Source: Candidatus Sericytochromatia bacterium (GTDB taxonomy: Bacteria > Cyanobacteriota > Sericytochromatia > S15B-MN24 > VGJW01). From it: 64,000 nucleotides of DNA. How positions within the stretch are numbered: the stretch's first letter is position 1; the number at the start of each line of letters is the position of its first letter. Positions 27,528 to 37,724 of the stretch are shown in pieces. The notes under the pieces were generated by a model, which saw only the letters and a program-made list of their open reading frames with translations, made no database searches and was not told where the DNA came from. The stretch lies in the NCBI GenBank assembly GCA_035285865.1, contig JAYKHS010000022.1, forward strand, positions 96,001 to 160,000, in the 5' to 3' direction. The position numbers and the translations under genes were made by a program.

Positions 27528-28762
27528 CCTTCCCTCCGCAGGGCCTGTGCGGGATCGAGGCCGGCTGCTGCCAGTGCCGGCCGCGCCCCGAAGACGGCCC
27601 CCGTGGCCAAGGCCGCCAGCACACCCGACGCCATGGCGGACCACGGCCACGAGAAGACCCAACTGCCGAGGACTTGTCCGAGTACCCACGAGCCCAATCC
27701 GGCAACGAGGAGGCCTCCGGCCACCCCCATCAGTCCGCCGAGCGTGGCGAGAAGCATGGCCTCCCCGAGGAACATCGCGAGAATCTGGCGCCGTGTGGCT
27801 CCCAGTGCGCGCCGCAGTGCGATTTCGGGCGTCCGCTGCAGGGTCGAGAACAGCAGGACATTCATCAGGTTCATGCCGCCTACGAGCAGACAAACACTGG
27901 CGATGACCACCTCGAGCCCGAGGCCTATGGCCGAGGCGAGGCGCACCGAGGACTGATTCTCCCGCGGGTCCGTGACCTTGAAGTTCTGCACGCCGCCGTG
28001 TCGCCACGCGACTGTGGCCCGTGCGCTGTGGACGAGCGCTTCGAGCGGTTTCGCCTCGAGGGTTTCGCGCGTGGCGCGCACCACGATCTCCCGCAAGTCC
28101 TTGATGCTGGCGAAATGCTCCTGGAAGCGTGTCTCGGGCACCAATACCGATCCGTCCCACGTGAAGAAACTCTGTCCCTGTACCGCCGGCTTTCGGGCGA
28201 GAATTCCGACCACCCTGTAGCGGTGGCCGTCCAGCCGGACCCAGCCTCCGACCCGGATGGGGCCCTGTCGGGCCGCGAGGCCCCGCGCTGCCTTGGCTCC
28301 GATCACGGCCACCTGCGCGCGTCCGACCATGTCGTCTTGCGTCAGAAATCTCCCGCGCCGGAGCTCGAGCCTGTAGAAGCCAAGGGCCTCCGGGCGGGTG
28401 CCCACCACGGTGACACTCTGGCCGAAGCGTTCTCCCCAGCGCACGCGCTTGACGTGGCGGCCCAGTACCGTCGTCCCGGCAAGGCGTTTCGTGCCGCGCA
28501 GCGCGCGGGCATCCAGTCGGGAGAGAGGCGGTGCCGCAACCGATCCGGGGTCCTCATGCCACTTGCGTGAAAGGCTGAACACATCCTCGCCTGAGGCCTG
28601 CTGGAGGCTTCGGGCCAGGTAGTGCTCCGCGCTGCGGACCGTGCTGGACAGTGCCACCAGAGTTCCGACGCCCAAAATGATGCCGAGCAGCGTGAGCAGG
28701 CTGCGGAAACGATGACGGAGCAGCGCCTCAAGAATGAGCGCCCACTGGTCGGAGAAGCTCAT
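27524..28762 (-). CDS. ABC transporter permease, MacB/FtsX family
   Basis: RSLLTLLGIILGV, periplasmic domain, GGMNLMNV...RTPEIALRRALGA, LDPAQALR. Confidence 0.92.
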   Translation of the reverse strand: MSFSDQWALILEALLRHRFRSLLTLLGIILGVGTLVALSSTVRSAEHYLARSLQQASGEDVFSLSRKWHEDPGSVAAPPLSRLDARALRGTKRLAGTTVLGRHVKRVRWGERFGQSVTVVGTRPEALGFYRLELRRGRFLTQDDMVGRAQVAVIGAKAARGLAARQGPIRVGGWVRLDGHRYRVVGILARKPAVQGQSFFTWDGSVLVPETRFQEHFASIKDLREIVVRATRETLEAKPLEALVHSARATVAWRHGGVQNFKVTDPRENQSSVRLASAIGLGLEVVIASVCLLVGGMNLMNVLLFSTLQRTPEIALRRALGATRRQILAMFLGEAMLLATLGGLMGVAGGLLVAGLGSWVLGQVLGSWVFSWPWSAMASGVLAALATGAVFGARPALAAAGLDPAQALRREG

Positions 28763-29991
28763 CCGGCGTCCCCTCTGAGTGCGGCCACCGGATCGAGCGC
28801 AGCCGCGCGTCGTGCCGGCATCCAGCCGAAGACGACGCCCGTGGCGAGGGTCGCCAGCACGGCGGCACCCACGGCCGGACCGCTCAGGACCACGGTCCAT
28901 TCAGGTTGCAGTCGGGGGACCACGACGGCTAGCAGCCCCACGATGCCCACGCCTGCCCCGAGGCCCGCGAGCCCTCCGGCAGCGGCCAGCATGAGGGCCT
29001 CGATCAGGAACTGCTGCCGGATGGTGGAGGGTGGGGCTCCAAGCGCGAGGCGCAGGCCGATCTCACGGGTCCGTTCGACGACACCGACCAGCATCATGTT
29101 GGTGATGCCTACGCCGCCGATGATCAGGCTGACGCCAGCCAGCAGGCCCACAAGCATGATCATCGCGTCGTAGGCCTTGTAGTAGCCGGCAATCATGGTG
29201 CCCAGATCGAGGAATTGGAAGTCATCGACGCCTCGATGCCGATGCAGCAGCAGACTGTTGGCCAGGGCCACGACCTCGGGGTTATGGCGCGAAGCAGTCG
29301 TCGTCAGGGAAATCATGCGCAGCCGACCTTCCGGCGAAGCGACCGTAAGCGGCAGCAGGACTACCTCGTTCCAGTCCGTGCCGAAGCGCATGCCGGCCTT
29401 CAGTGCAAGCCTCAGCGTGCCGACCACGCGATAGCGGTCCTCACCCACGCGGACCTCCTGCCCCACGGCATCCCCCCGGGGAAACAGCCGGTCCGCCGCG
29501 AGTCGGCCGAGGATGCAGACCTGCTGCCGACGGTCCAGGTCGTCCCGGCTCAGGTCACGGCCCGAGGCAATGCTCAGGGCGTGGCCCCTCACGTAGGCCT
29601 CGTCCACCCCCGATACGTCCAGGCGGGCCATCCTGCCGCCAGCTGCGTGCACGGATTGACTGTCCTCCCCCCCGCCACCCACCGGGGATACGACGGCGAC
29701 ATGGGGCAGACGCGCCCGCAAGGCTCGAGCATCGGCAAGCGTCAGGCCATCCACATGGGAGGCTTGCTTGGTGGCTGCAGCTTGAGGGGCGTCCGGCCAG
29801 ACCATGACCATCCGCGACCCCCCGATGGCTTCGATTCCTCGGGTCAGGGACACGAGGGCACTCTGGCCGAGGCTGACCAGCAGCACCACGGACAGCACCC
29901 CGATCGCAATCGCGAGGACCGTCAAGGCGGTACGGGCGCGGGATGCCGCCATCTGGGCGATGGCCTGCCTGAGGTGTTCGGCGAGCATCAC
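28759..29991 (-). CDS. ABC transporter permease, MacB/FtsX family
   Basis: RTALTVLAIAIGV, GGVGITNMML..VERTREIGLRLALGA, LDPVAALR. Confidence 0.93.
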   Translation of the reverse strand: MMLAEHLRQAIAQMAASRARTALTVLAIAIGVLSVVLLVSLGQSALVSLTRGIEAIGGSRMVMVWPDAPQAAATKQASHVDGLTLADARALRARLPHVAVVSPVGGGGEDSQSVHAAGGRMARLDVSGVDEAYVRGHALSIASGRDLSRDDLDRRQQVCILGRLAADRLFPRGDAVGQEVRVGEDRYRVVGTLRLALKAGMRFGTDWNEVVLLPLTVASPEGRLRMISLTTTASRHNPEVVALANSLLLHRHRGVDDFQFLDLGTMIAGYYKAYDAMIMLVGLLAGVSLIIGGVGITNMMLVGVVERTREIGLRLALGAPPSTIRQQFLIEALMLAAAGGLAGLGAGVGIVGLLAVVVPRLQPEWTVVLSGPAVGAAVLATLATGVVFGWMPARRAAALDPVAALRGDAG

Positions 29992-31238
29992 ATCTTCAGG
30001 GCGTTGTCGACGCCTGGAGGGGCGATCCGGACCCGGGCCCCTTCTTCGAGGCCGGAGATCACCTCGATCTCGCTGTCGCTGGACATGCCGATGCGGATGT
30101 CGCGTTGCTTGCCCTTCCTGGACTTGCCGTCGGCCATCGCAAGTTGCACGCGGGCACGTCCGCCCTTGCGATCGAGAAGCGCTTCGACGGGCAGCAACAG
30201 CACGTTCTGGCGGATGGCGACGTGCACGTCGAGGTCCGCCGTCATGCCGGGCTTCAGGCGTTCCGTGCCCGGGCCGGTCACGAGGGTGTCCACGGCAAAG
30301 GTCTGCAGCCCGTCTTTCAGGGCCTCGGCTGCAGGTGCAATGCGATGGATGCGGCCCTCCAGGCTGACGTCACCCAGGGCGTCCACGCGCACGGTCACCG
30401 GCATGCCGACCCGCAGCCTGCCCACATCCACCTGCCCGACATTGCTTTGGACGATCAAACGACGCAGGTCGGCCACCGTCAGGATCGCGTTGCCCTGGGC
30501 CAATGCCGATACGCCCGGGCTGACCATTTCGCCAACCTCGATGCCCCTGCGGATCACCACACCGTCGAGCGGAGAGCGAAGGGTTGCGTAACGTAGCTGG
30601 TCTTCAGCCGACGCAAGGGCCACGGCCATCCGATCGCGTTGCGCCCGAGCCTCGCGCAGGTCCTCGGCGCGGCTGCCCTTCGCCAGCATGGCGAGCCGCG
30701 CTGTCGCTCCATCACGGCGTGCACGGGCAGTGTCCAGATCGCGCTGGGCCATGTCCAGCTCACGCGGCGTCAGGGTCTGGGTCTGTGCCGCGGCGCGGCT
30801 CCGCTGGGCCTCGTCGTGGGCACGTGCTAGCTCGGCTTCCGCCACGCGGACTTCGGCGCGCGAAGCGGCAATCTCCTCGGGGCGAGGGCCGGCCGTCAGG
30901 CGGTCCAGCCTCGCCTGTGCCGCTGCGAGGTCGGCGCGCGCCTGCGCGCGATTGCGCTCCATATCGGTGATGTCAAGCGCCATGAGGACGTCCCCCTTGC
31001 GCACGCGACTGCCCGCATCGACGTCGAGACGGGCCACCTGACCGGCGATGCGGCTCTTGATGTCGACCTTGACGAGCGGTTGGACCGTACCAGTCTCCGC
31101 AAGGTCCACCTTGAGGTCGCCGCGCGCGACCGTCACGACGTCGGCCTCGCCGCCTCTCTCGGCTCGCGGACGCAGCATCCATCCGGCCGTGCCGAGCAGC
31201 GGCACGAGCGCGGCGACGATTAGCAGACGGCGGTTCAT
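29988..31238 (-). CDS. Efflux periplasmic adaptor (MacA/HlyD family)
   Basis: N-terminal anchor, IKSRIAGQV lipoyl half-motif, long hairpin, LRSPLDGVV, LKPGMTA. Confidence 0.92.
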   Translation of the reverse strand: MNRRLLIVAALVPLLGTAGWMLRPRAERGGEADVVTVARGDLKVDLAETGTVQPLVKVDIKSRIAGQVARLDVDAGSRVRKGDVLMALDITDMERNRAQARADLAAAQARLDRLTAGPRPEEIAASRAEVRVAEAELARAHDEAQRSRAAAQTQTLTPRELDMAQRDLDTARARRDGATARLAMLAKGSRAEDLREARAQRDRMAVALASAEDQLRYATLRSPLDGVVIRRGIEVGEMVSPGVSALAQGNAILTVADLRRLIVQSNVGQVDVGRLRVGMPVTVRVDALGDVSLEGRIHRIAPAAEALKDGLQTFAVDTLVTGPGTERLKPGMTADLDVHVAIRQNVLLLPVEALLDRKGGRARVQLAMADGKSRKGKQRDIRIGMSSDSEIEVISGLEEGARVRIAPPGVDNALKM

Positions 31239-32536
31239 GGAGTCTCCTTGCCGAGGGCACGCGCAAGCTCCCAATGGGCAAGCATGCCTTCGATGGCGGC
31301 ATCGATCCGATCGGCCTGCGCTTGGGCCAGGCGGGTACGGGCCGTTTCGAGTTCGACCGGAAGGGCAAGCCCCTGGCGGAAGCGGGTGGCCGTGAGTGCG
31401 TGTGCCTGGCCGACGACGACGACAGCGCGGTCCTGAAGCTTCAGGCGAACGAGCGCTTGTCTGAGGCGCTCACGGGCGACGCGCTCGTCTCGGACCATGT
31501 CCAGGCGAAGGCGTTCCGACCGCTGTTCGGCCTCGAGCAGGTCGAGACGCGCCCGTTCGAAGTTCCGGCCAGCTCTACCGTTATCCAGCCAAGGCCACGC
31601 CATGTCGAGGCGCAGGCTCCACTGCCCGGCGAGCGGGTCGGTGGTGCGCAGCTGGATATCCGGGCGGACGAGGCCGTTGCCGGCCTCGATGCGGCCCGAC
31701 AGGCCCACGGTCGGGGCGAGCGCCGCCGCCGCCTCCTCCAGCCGCGCCTGAGCCTGGTTCACGAGGGCCTTCTGCGCCAGCCACTCGGGTCGTGTCTCCC
31801 AACTGCCCGAGGCCTCGGGCAGGCCGTCGGGGGAAACGGCTGCCTCGGTCAGTGTCCAAGCGCCATCGGAGAGCCCGACGAGGGTTTCGAGCCGGACGCG
31901 CGCCTCGGCGACGGCCTGGTCCTGTCGGTGCCACTGGTTTTCGGCTGCCAGATGCGCGGCCTCGAGGCCCGCGACGTCGGCGGCCGCACGACGCCCGTGA
32001 TTCAACTCGGCTTGGCCGGACTCCCAAGCCGTGCGTGCCTGCTGCACCTGCTGGCGTGCAACCTGCCGCAGCAATTCAGCCCGTCGCATCTCCCAGAAGC
32101 CCCGGACGACTCCGTCTCCGAGGTCGCGCAGGGCCGTGCCGGCACGGGCCCCGGCAGCCTGTTCTCCTGCTGCAGCTGCCACATCGGCCTTGTCCAGACG
32201 ACCTCCATCCAGCAGCACCAGGCGGCCCTCAGCCGCAAGGGTGCCCTGTCCGAATCCGGAAGGATCGGGAATTTGACCGGTCATCGGGAGACGCTGGTTG
32301 GCCACACCGAAGCCGTCGAGGCCGACGCGCCCGGTCCAGCGTCCTTCGGTGGCCGCCTGTCGCTCGAGGCGAGCACGCAACTGGCCGATGCGCGCAAGAG
32401 CCACGTCCGGATGTGTCTTGCGAACCATGTCCAGCAATTGGCCGAGGTCCAGCGCCACGGGGGTTGCCGTGGCCGCGCTGCCCAGCACCAGCCACGTCAT
32501 GAGGGTCAGTGCCCATCCATGTCGCTTTGAAGTCAT
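31235..32536 (-). CDS. TolC-family outer-membrane efflux protein
   Basis: Signal peptide; two OEP repeats (HPDV..., RPEW...LAPTVGL, RFRQGL....L). Confidence 0.85.
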   Translation of the reverse strand: MTSKRHGWALTLMTWLVLGSAATATPVALDLGQLLDMVRKTHPDVALARIGQLRARLERQAATEGRWTGRVGLDGFGVANQRLPMTGQIPDPSGFGQGTLAAEGRLVLLDGGRLDKADVAAAAGEQAAGARAGTALRDLGDGVVRGFWEMRRAELLRQVARQQVQQARTAWESGQAELNHGRRAAADVAGLEAAHLAAENQWHRQDQAVAEARVRLETLVGLSDGAWTLTEAAVSPDGLPEASGSWETRPEWLAQKALVNQAQARLEEAAAALAPTVGLSGRIEAGNGLVRPDIQLRTTDPLAGQWSLRLDMAWPWLDNGRAGRNFERARLDLLEAEQRSERLRLDMVRDERVARERLRQALVRLKLQDRAVVVVGQAHALTATRFRQGLALPVELETARTRLAQAQADRIDAAIEGMLAHWELARALGKETP

Positions 32537-33228
32537 GCGGCCTGCCCGTCGTCGCTGGCGACCTGACCATCTGCCAGCACCACCCGGCGGCTGGCGCGTG
32601 CCGCAACGACCGGATCGTGCGTCACCATCACGATGGTCGAACCCTGGCGGTGCAGGTCCGAGAAGAGGTCGAGAATCTCGTGACTGGTCCGCGAGTCCAG
32701 AGCGCCCGTGGGCTCATCGGCGAGCAGCAGGGTGGGACGGGTCACGAGGGCCCGGGCGATGGCGACGCGTTGTTGCTGGCCGCCCGAGAGCTGACTGGGC
32801 CAGTGCGTCCGCCGTTCGGCGAGGCCGACGCGAACCAGGGCCTCGCGGGCGCGTGCCAGACGCTCCGAACGAGAGACTCCCGCGTACACCAAGGGCAAGG
32901 CGACGTTCTCTTCGGCCGTCGTCCGCGCAAGCAGGTGGAACTGCTGAAAGATGAAACCCAGGTGCCGATTGCGCAGGCGCGCAAGGCCGGCATCATCCAG
33001 CGCAGCGACATCATGTCCGTCTATGGCGAGATGCCCTGAAGTCGCCCGATCAAGGCATCCCAGCAGGTTGAGCAGGGTCGACTTGCCGGACCCGCTCGAA
33101 CCGGTGATGGCCACCCAGGATCCGTGGGGCACGCTCAGGCTGACGCCGGCCAAGGCCTGGACCGTCCCCTCCCCCTGCGCGTAGCTGCGGACCAGACCCT
33201 CGCCCTTCACGGCGTCGGGACGACTCAC
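32533..33228 (-). CDS. ABC transporter ATP-binding protein (MacB/LolD type)
   Basis: [45 protein letters not shown] overlaps the hemL stop. Confidence 0.95.
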   Translation of the reverse strand: MSRPDAVKGEGLVRSYAQGEGTVQALAGVSLSVPHGSWVAITGSSGSGKSTLLNLLGCLDRATSGHLAIDGHDVAALDDAGLARLRNRHLGFIFQQFHLLARTTAEENVALPLVYAGVSRSERLARAREALVRVGLAERRTHWPSQLSGGQQQRVAIARALVTRPTLLLADEPTGALDSRTSHEILDLFSDLHRQGSTIVMVTHDPVVAARASRRVVLADGQVASDDGQAA

Positions 33229-34526
33229 GTGCCCGTCACTACGGCCGTGAAGGCCGCCGCCGCTGCCTTGCGCGTCACATCCAGCGTTTCGGCGTCGTGG
33301 GTGGCCGAAACGAACCATGCCTCGTATTGCGAGGGAGGCAAGAGGACTCCGTTGGCACGCATGGCCCGGTGGAACCGTCCGAAGGCCTGTGTGTCGGATC
33401 GGGCTGCGCTGTCCCAGTCCGTGACCGGACCCTCGGTGAAGAACACCGTCAGCATGGAGCCGACGCGTTGCACCGTCACGCGCGCGCCGGCACGGGCCGC
33501 TTCTTCGGTCATGACTTCGGCCACGGCAGCGGAGGAGGCTTCGAGGTCCTCGTAGAAGCCCGGTGCGGCAAGCTTGCGCAGCGTCGCGAGCCCCCCTGCG
33601 ACGGCGACGGGATTGCCCGACATTGTGCCGGCCTGGTACATCGGGCCTTCGGGGGCCACCATCGCCATCAGATCGGCCCGGCCGCCATAGGCGCCACAGG
33701 GCACGCCGCCGCCCACGATCTTGGCGAGGCACGTGACGTCCGGCGTGACGCCATAGCGGGCCTGGGCACCGCCGAAGGCCACGCGGAAGCCGGTCATCAC
33801 CTCATCGAAGACCAGCAGCGCGCCGTTCCGGGTGCACAGGTCCCGCAGGCCTTCGAGGAATCCCGGGTTTGGCGGAATCAGACCGGCGTTGCCCACCACC
33901 GGCTCGAGGAAAACGCCGGCGATGCTGTCGGGGTGCGCGGCGAAAGCGGCTGCAACGGCTTCGAGGTCATTGAAGGGCAGGGCGAGGGTGCCTGCCGCCG
34001 TGGAGGCCAATACGCCGGGGCTGTCGGGAAGCCCGAGGGTCGCCACGCCCGATCCGGCCCGGACGAGCAGGGCGTCGACATGGCCGTGGTAGCAGCCGAT
34101 GAACTTGATGATGCGCTCGCGCCCGGTGGCTGCCCTGGCGAGGCGGACCGCGCTCATGGCGGCCTCGGTGCCCGAGTTCACGAGCCGGACGCGCTCCAGC
34201 GAGGGAACGGCCTCGATGAGGGCGCGGGCCAGGACGTTTTCACCGGCGCTCGGCATGCCGAAGGCAAAGCCGCGGGTGGTCGCGTCCTGCACGGCCGCGA
34301 CCACGTCGGGGTCGGCGTGACCCAGGATGGCCGGGCCCCAGGCGCCGATGTAGTCGACCAGACGGGTCCCGTCTTCGTCCCACAGCCAAGGACCCTTCGC
34401 ACGGGCCACGAAGACTGGATCGCCGCCGACGGCACGGAAGGCGCGGACGGGGCTGTTGACCCCGCCGGGCATGAGGGTGCGTGCCTCATCCCAGAGCTGG
34501 GCCTGGCGGGTCGTGACGGAAGTCAT
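33225..34526 (-). CDS. hemL: Glutamate-1-semialdehyde 2,1-aminomutase
   Basis: MPGGVNSPVRAF, NSGTEA, GCYHGH, FDEVMTGFR, PLP lysine in LAKIVGGG, YQAGTMSGNP. Confidence 0.97.
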   Translation of the reverse strand: MTSVTTRQAQLWDEARTLMPGGVNSPVRAFRAVGGDPVFVARAKGPWLWDEDGTRLVDYIGAWGPAILGHADPDVVAAVQDATTRGFAFGMPSAGENVLARALIEAVPSLERVRLVNSGTEAAMSAVRLARAATGRERIIKFIGCYHGHVDALLVRAGSGVATLGLPDSPGVLASTAAGTLALPFNDLEAVAAAFAAHPDSIAGVFLEPVVGNAGLIPPNPGFLEGLRDLCTRNGALLVFDEVMTGFRVAFGGAQARYGVTPDVTCLAKIVGGGVPCGAYGGRADLMAMVAPEGPMYQAGTMSGNPVAVAGGLATLRKLAAPGFYEDLEASSAAVAEVMTEEAARAGARVTVQRVGSMLTVFFTEGPVTDWDSAARSDTQAFGRFHRAMRANGVLLPPSQYEAWFVSATHDAETLDVTRKAAAAAFTAVVTGT

Positions 34527-35635
34527 GGGCGGAAGAGCTCCAGGATGTCCTTGAGGGTGACGATGGCGATGAGACCCAGCATGGCGACCATGCCGACCGA
34601 GTGGATGGTGCCCTCGAGTCGTCTCGGCAAGGGCCGACGGACGATGGCCTCGAAGGCCAGCAGCAAAAGCCGTCCGCCATCGAGGGCCGGAAGCGGCAGG
34701 AAGTTCACCACCGCCAGATTCAGGTTGATGAGCGCGGCGAAGAACAGGTACTGCGCGAGGTCATGAACCATCCGGCTGCCCAGGTGGACGATGGCGATCG
34801 GGCCACCGACCGTGTCCAGGGGGAGTTTTCCGGTCACGAGCATGCCCAGCCCGCGGATCATCGTGGTCGCGATGGACCAGGTGCGTTCGCCACTGGTGCG
34901 CAGCAGCTCGAGACCATCGGCCGCAGGAGTGTAGCGGATGTCGACAGGGGGCGAGATCGCCACGCCCAGCTTGCCGCGGTCGTCCGGCGAGACCGTCAGG
35001 GATAGCGTGGCCGTACCCGTACCTGCCGCACGACGGACGAGGATCGACACCGTCGCGCCGGCATGGGGGCCGAGGCCCGCCGCGAAGTCCTCGATGGCCG
35101 TGAGCGGCTTGCCGGCGATGGCCAGCACGCTGTCCCCATCCTTGATGCCGGCTTCGCGGGCACGGGCTGAGGCGACCTGCTGGATGACGACGCCCTCTCG
35201 GCCAATGTCCCGAGGCGTGGCGTGGGGAATCCCCTGAAGGCCTAGTTGGGCAAGCACGCAGAGCCATCCGCCAATCACGTTGAACACGATGCCGCCAACC
35301 ATGACCCACATCCGGACCGGGATGCTGCGGCCTTCGAGGGCGTCGCCCGGCCAAGCGTCCTCGTCGTCATCTTCCTTGCCCTCAGCCGGGGGCAGCGAGA
35401 GATCGCAGTACCCGCCGAATGGAATGGCATTCAGGCGAAAACGGGTGCCGGCCCACTCACGTGACCAAAGTGCGGGCCCGAAGCCGATCCCGAACTGTCG
35501 GACCGGAACCCCGACAGAGCGTGCCGCCAGGTAATGTCCTGCCTCATGCAGCAGGATGAGGAGCGCCAGCAGCAGGATGATCGCCAAGACCATGGCGGGT
35601 CCGCCGCCGGCGGGGACGCCAGGCACCATCGGCAT
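34523..35635 (-). CDS. rseP: Site-2 (M50B) intramembrane metalloprotease with PDZ domain, RseP-like
   Basis: HEAGH, FGIGFGP, IPFGGY, PDZ region, NFLPLPALDGG. Confidence 0.92.
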   Translation of the reverse strand: MPMVPGVPAGGGPAMVLAIILLLALLILLHEAGHYLAARSVGVPVRQFGIGFGPALWSREWAGTRFRLNAIPFGGYCDLSLPPAEGKEDDDEDAWPGDALEGRSIPVRMWVMVGGIVFNVIGGWLCVLAQLGLQGIPHATPRDIGREGVVIQQVASARAREAGIKDGDSVLAIAGKPLTAIEDFAAGLGPHAGATVSILVRRAAGTGTATLSLTVSPDDRGKLGVAISPPVDIRYTPAADGLELLRTSGERTWSIATTMIRGLGMLVTGKLPLDTVGGPIAIVHLGSRMVHDLAQYLFFAALINLNLAVVNFLPLPALDGGRLLLLAFEAIVRRPLPRRLEGTIHSVGMVAMLGLIAIVTLKDILELFRP

Positions 35636-35664
35636 GGCCCCAAGCGTATCACGGCAGGGCGGGA

Positions 35665-35693
35665 TTGACCCCGGCTCGCGGCCTCGCTAACAT
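35665..35693 (+). promoter_or_regulatory. Sigma70 promoter for tRNA-Gln
   Basis: TTGACC-N17-TAACAT, ending 13 nt before the tRNA. Confidence 0.7.
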
Positions 35694-35706
35694 TGGCGCT
35701 CGTTGG

Positions 35707-35778
35707 TGGGGCGTCGCCAAGCGGTAAGGCATCGGCCTTTGGAGCCGACATTCGTAGGTTCGAATCCTACCGCCCCAG
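35707..35778 (+). tRNA. tRNA-Gln (UUG), CCA not encoded
   Basis: Acceptor TGGGGCG/CGCCCCA, D arm GCC-AAGCGGTAA-GGC, anticodon arm TCGGC-CTTTGGA-GCCGA, T arm GTAGG-TTCGAAT-CCTAC. Confidence 0.97.
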
Positions 35779-35818
35779 TTCGGCTCCGGATGGCCCGCAA
35801 GGGAGGAGATGGAGTCTT

Positions 35819-36403
35819 ATGGTCAGGGTCGTCGGTCTGGGAGGCGCCCTGGGGGATGCCTCCGTCACCTCGGCGGCGCTCAGGCTGGTGCTTGCCGAGG
35901 CCGAGCGCGCGGGCGCGGGGACGGCGTTGCTGGATCTCAACGAACTGGCCCTGCCCCTCTTCGATGCCCGCAACCGCGAGGGCGGCGAACCCGTCGCGCG
36001 CTTGCTGGCCGAAGTCCGTTCGGCCGATGCGATGGTCTGGTGCAGCCCCCTTTACCACGGTACGGTCAGCGGGACCTTCAAGAACGCGCTGGATTGGCTG
36101 GAGCTGCTCGCCAAGGATGAGCGGGCCTACCTGACGGACGTGCCGATTGGCCTCGTGGCGGCGGCCGGAGGAACGCAGGGCATGCAGGCGATCAACACGA
36201 TGGAGTATGCCGTCCGGGCCTTGCGTGGTCTGACGGTGCCCTATGTGGTGGCCATCTCGCGGGCGTGGCAGGCCTTCGATCAGGCGGGCCAGCCTGCGGA
36301 ACCCGTCGTGGGTCAGCAGTTGGCGATCCTGGGGCGGGAGGTCGTGCGCCTTGCAGACGTCCTGAAGCGGGGCCGCCATGTCCCGACCTTGGGTGTTTCT
36401 TAA
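35819..36403 (+). CDS. NADPH-dependent FMN reductase (SsuE/flavodoxin-like)
   Basis: VVGLGGAL, LPLFD, SPLYHGTVSGTFKNALDW; GGAG RBS. Confidence 0.9.
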   Translation: MVRVVGLGGALGDASVTSAALRLVLAEAERAGAGTALLDLNELALPLFDARNREGGEPVARLLAEVRSADAMVWCSPLYHGTVSGTFKNALDWLELLAKDERAYLTDVPIGLVAAAGGTQGMQAINTMEYAVRALRGLTVPYVVAISRAWQAFDQAGQPAEPVVGQQLAILGREVVRLADVLKRGRHVPTLGVS

Positions 36404-36449
36404 CCCATAGATAGGCAACTTCTCCGAGGGGGGCGGCGATAAACCCCGT

Positions 36450-37682
36450 ATGAAGGTTCGCCACATCCGCCCTGCAGTCCGCGCTGTCGCGGCGCTGCTG
36501 GCCGTCACCGCCGGTCTCGCCGGGTGTGGTTCCTCGCCGTCGGCAGCCGGTCTCGGTGGCCTCGCCGTTCCGGATGGGGTGGATGCCTTCGGGGCCGAGC
36601 CCGATCAGGCGGGACGTCGGTTGCAGGCTTACTTCAATGACACCTACGGGTCCACAATTGCCTCGAACGAGCCCAAGGCGCGCAAGAGCGCGACCAACAC
36701 GGACAAGTCGTTCCTCGATCTGATTGCCAAGGCGCGCAAGTCCATCGACGGCTCCTTCTACGACATCGCGGATCCCGATGCGGTCGCGGCCTTGGTACGG
36801 GCTTCCCGGCGTGGTGTGAAAGTCCGGTTGACGACCGACACGGACAACATGGTCGATCACGAGAATCCGTCCAAGCAGCGCCTCGCCATTGGGCAACTGC
36901 GCCAGGCCGGCGTGCGCATCCGCGACGATCAGCGCTCGGCCATCATGCACAACAAGTTCATGATCCTCGACGAGAAGACGGTCTGGACGGGGTCGACCAA
37001 TCTGACGACCAGCAGCCTCTATCGGCACAACAACAACGCGATGGTGCTGGAGAGCGAGACCTTGGCGTCCCGTTATCGCCGGACCTTCAACACGATGTTC
37101 GTCGATGGCGTTTTCGGTCCTGCCGGAACCCTCTCGAGCATCGGTGGCGATGGCCCCTTCCACGTGGGCAGCGCCGAAGTCAGCCTCTACTTCTCTCCCA
37201 AGGGTGGCGGGCGTGACGCCGTGGTCGAGGAGCTGCGCAAGGCGCGCAAGTCGATCCATTTCATGACCTTCTCGCTGACGGACAAGGAAATCGGCGAGAC
37301 GCTGGTGCAGAAGTCCAAGCGTGGCGTAGAGGTTTCCGGCGTGTTCGACCGCTGGCTGGCCGCCGGGCAGTATTCGCTCTACGCCCCGTTCCGGATGTCG
37401 GGCATGTCCGTGGTCAAGGACGGAAACGAGGCCCTGATGCACCACAAGGTGATTCTGGTGGATGGCCAGACGATCATCAGCGGCTCTTACAACTACTCGA
37501 AGAATGCGGAGAACGCCAACAACGAGTCGTTCCTGATCATCAAGGGTGACCTTGGTTTAGCGCAGCGTTACGAGCGTGAGTTCCGCAGGCTCATCTACGC
37601 GGCGCGCAACAACCGCCCGCCTGCTTTCAAGCCCAAGGATCCCGAACTCAAGGCCGAAGACCCGACGGGCGATCAGCCCTAG
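36450..37682 (+). CDS. Phospholipase D-superfamily lipoprotein (two HKD motifs; nuclease or phospholipase)
   Basis: Lipobox LAGC; HNKFMILD...TGSTN and HHKVILVD...SGSYN. Confidence 0.88.
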   Translation: MKVRHIRPAVRAVAALLAVTAGLAGCGSSPSAAGLGGLAVPDGVDAFGAEPDQAGRRLQAYFNDTYGSTIASNEPKARKSATNTDKSFLDLIAKARKSIDGSFYDIADPDAVAALVRASRRGVKVRLTTDTDNMVDHENPSKQRLAIGQLRQAGVRIRDDQRSAIMHNKFMILDEKTVWTGSTNLTTSSLYRHNNNAMVLESETLASRYRRTFNTMFVDGVFGPAGTLSSIGGDGPFHVGSAEVSLYFSPKGGGRDAVVEELRKARKSIHFMTFSLTDKEIGETLVQKSKRGVEVSGVFDRWLAAGQYSLYAPFRMSGMSVVKDGNEALMHHKVILVDGQTIISGSYNYSKNAENANNESFLIIKGDLGLAQRYEREFRRLIYAARNNRPPAFKPKDPELKAEDPTGDQP

Positions 37683-37724
37683 GCTTGTCAATTCCTTAAC
37701 GGCGCAGGCGTATGGCTAGATAAC

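Noticed and set aside
35707..35778. tRNA-Gln as the attachment site of an integrated element
   Set aside because: No integrase follows it, and no duplicate of the tRNA 3' end was seen in the window.
33225..35778. Functional link between hemL and the nearby tRNA
   Set aside because: The C5 pathway uses tRNA-Glu; this tRNA has anticodon UUG (Gln) and is divergently transcribed.
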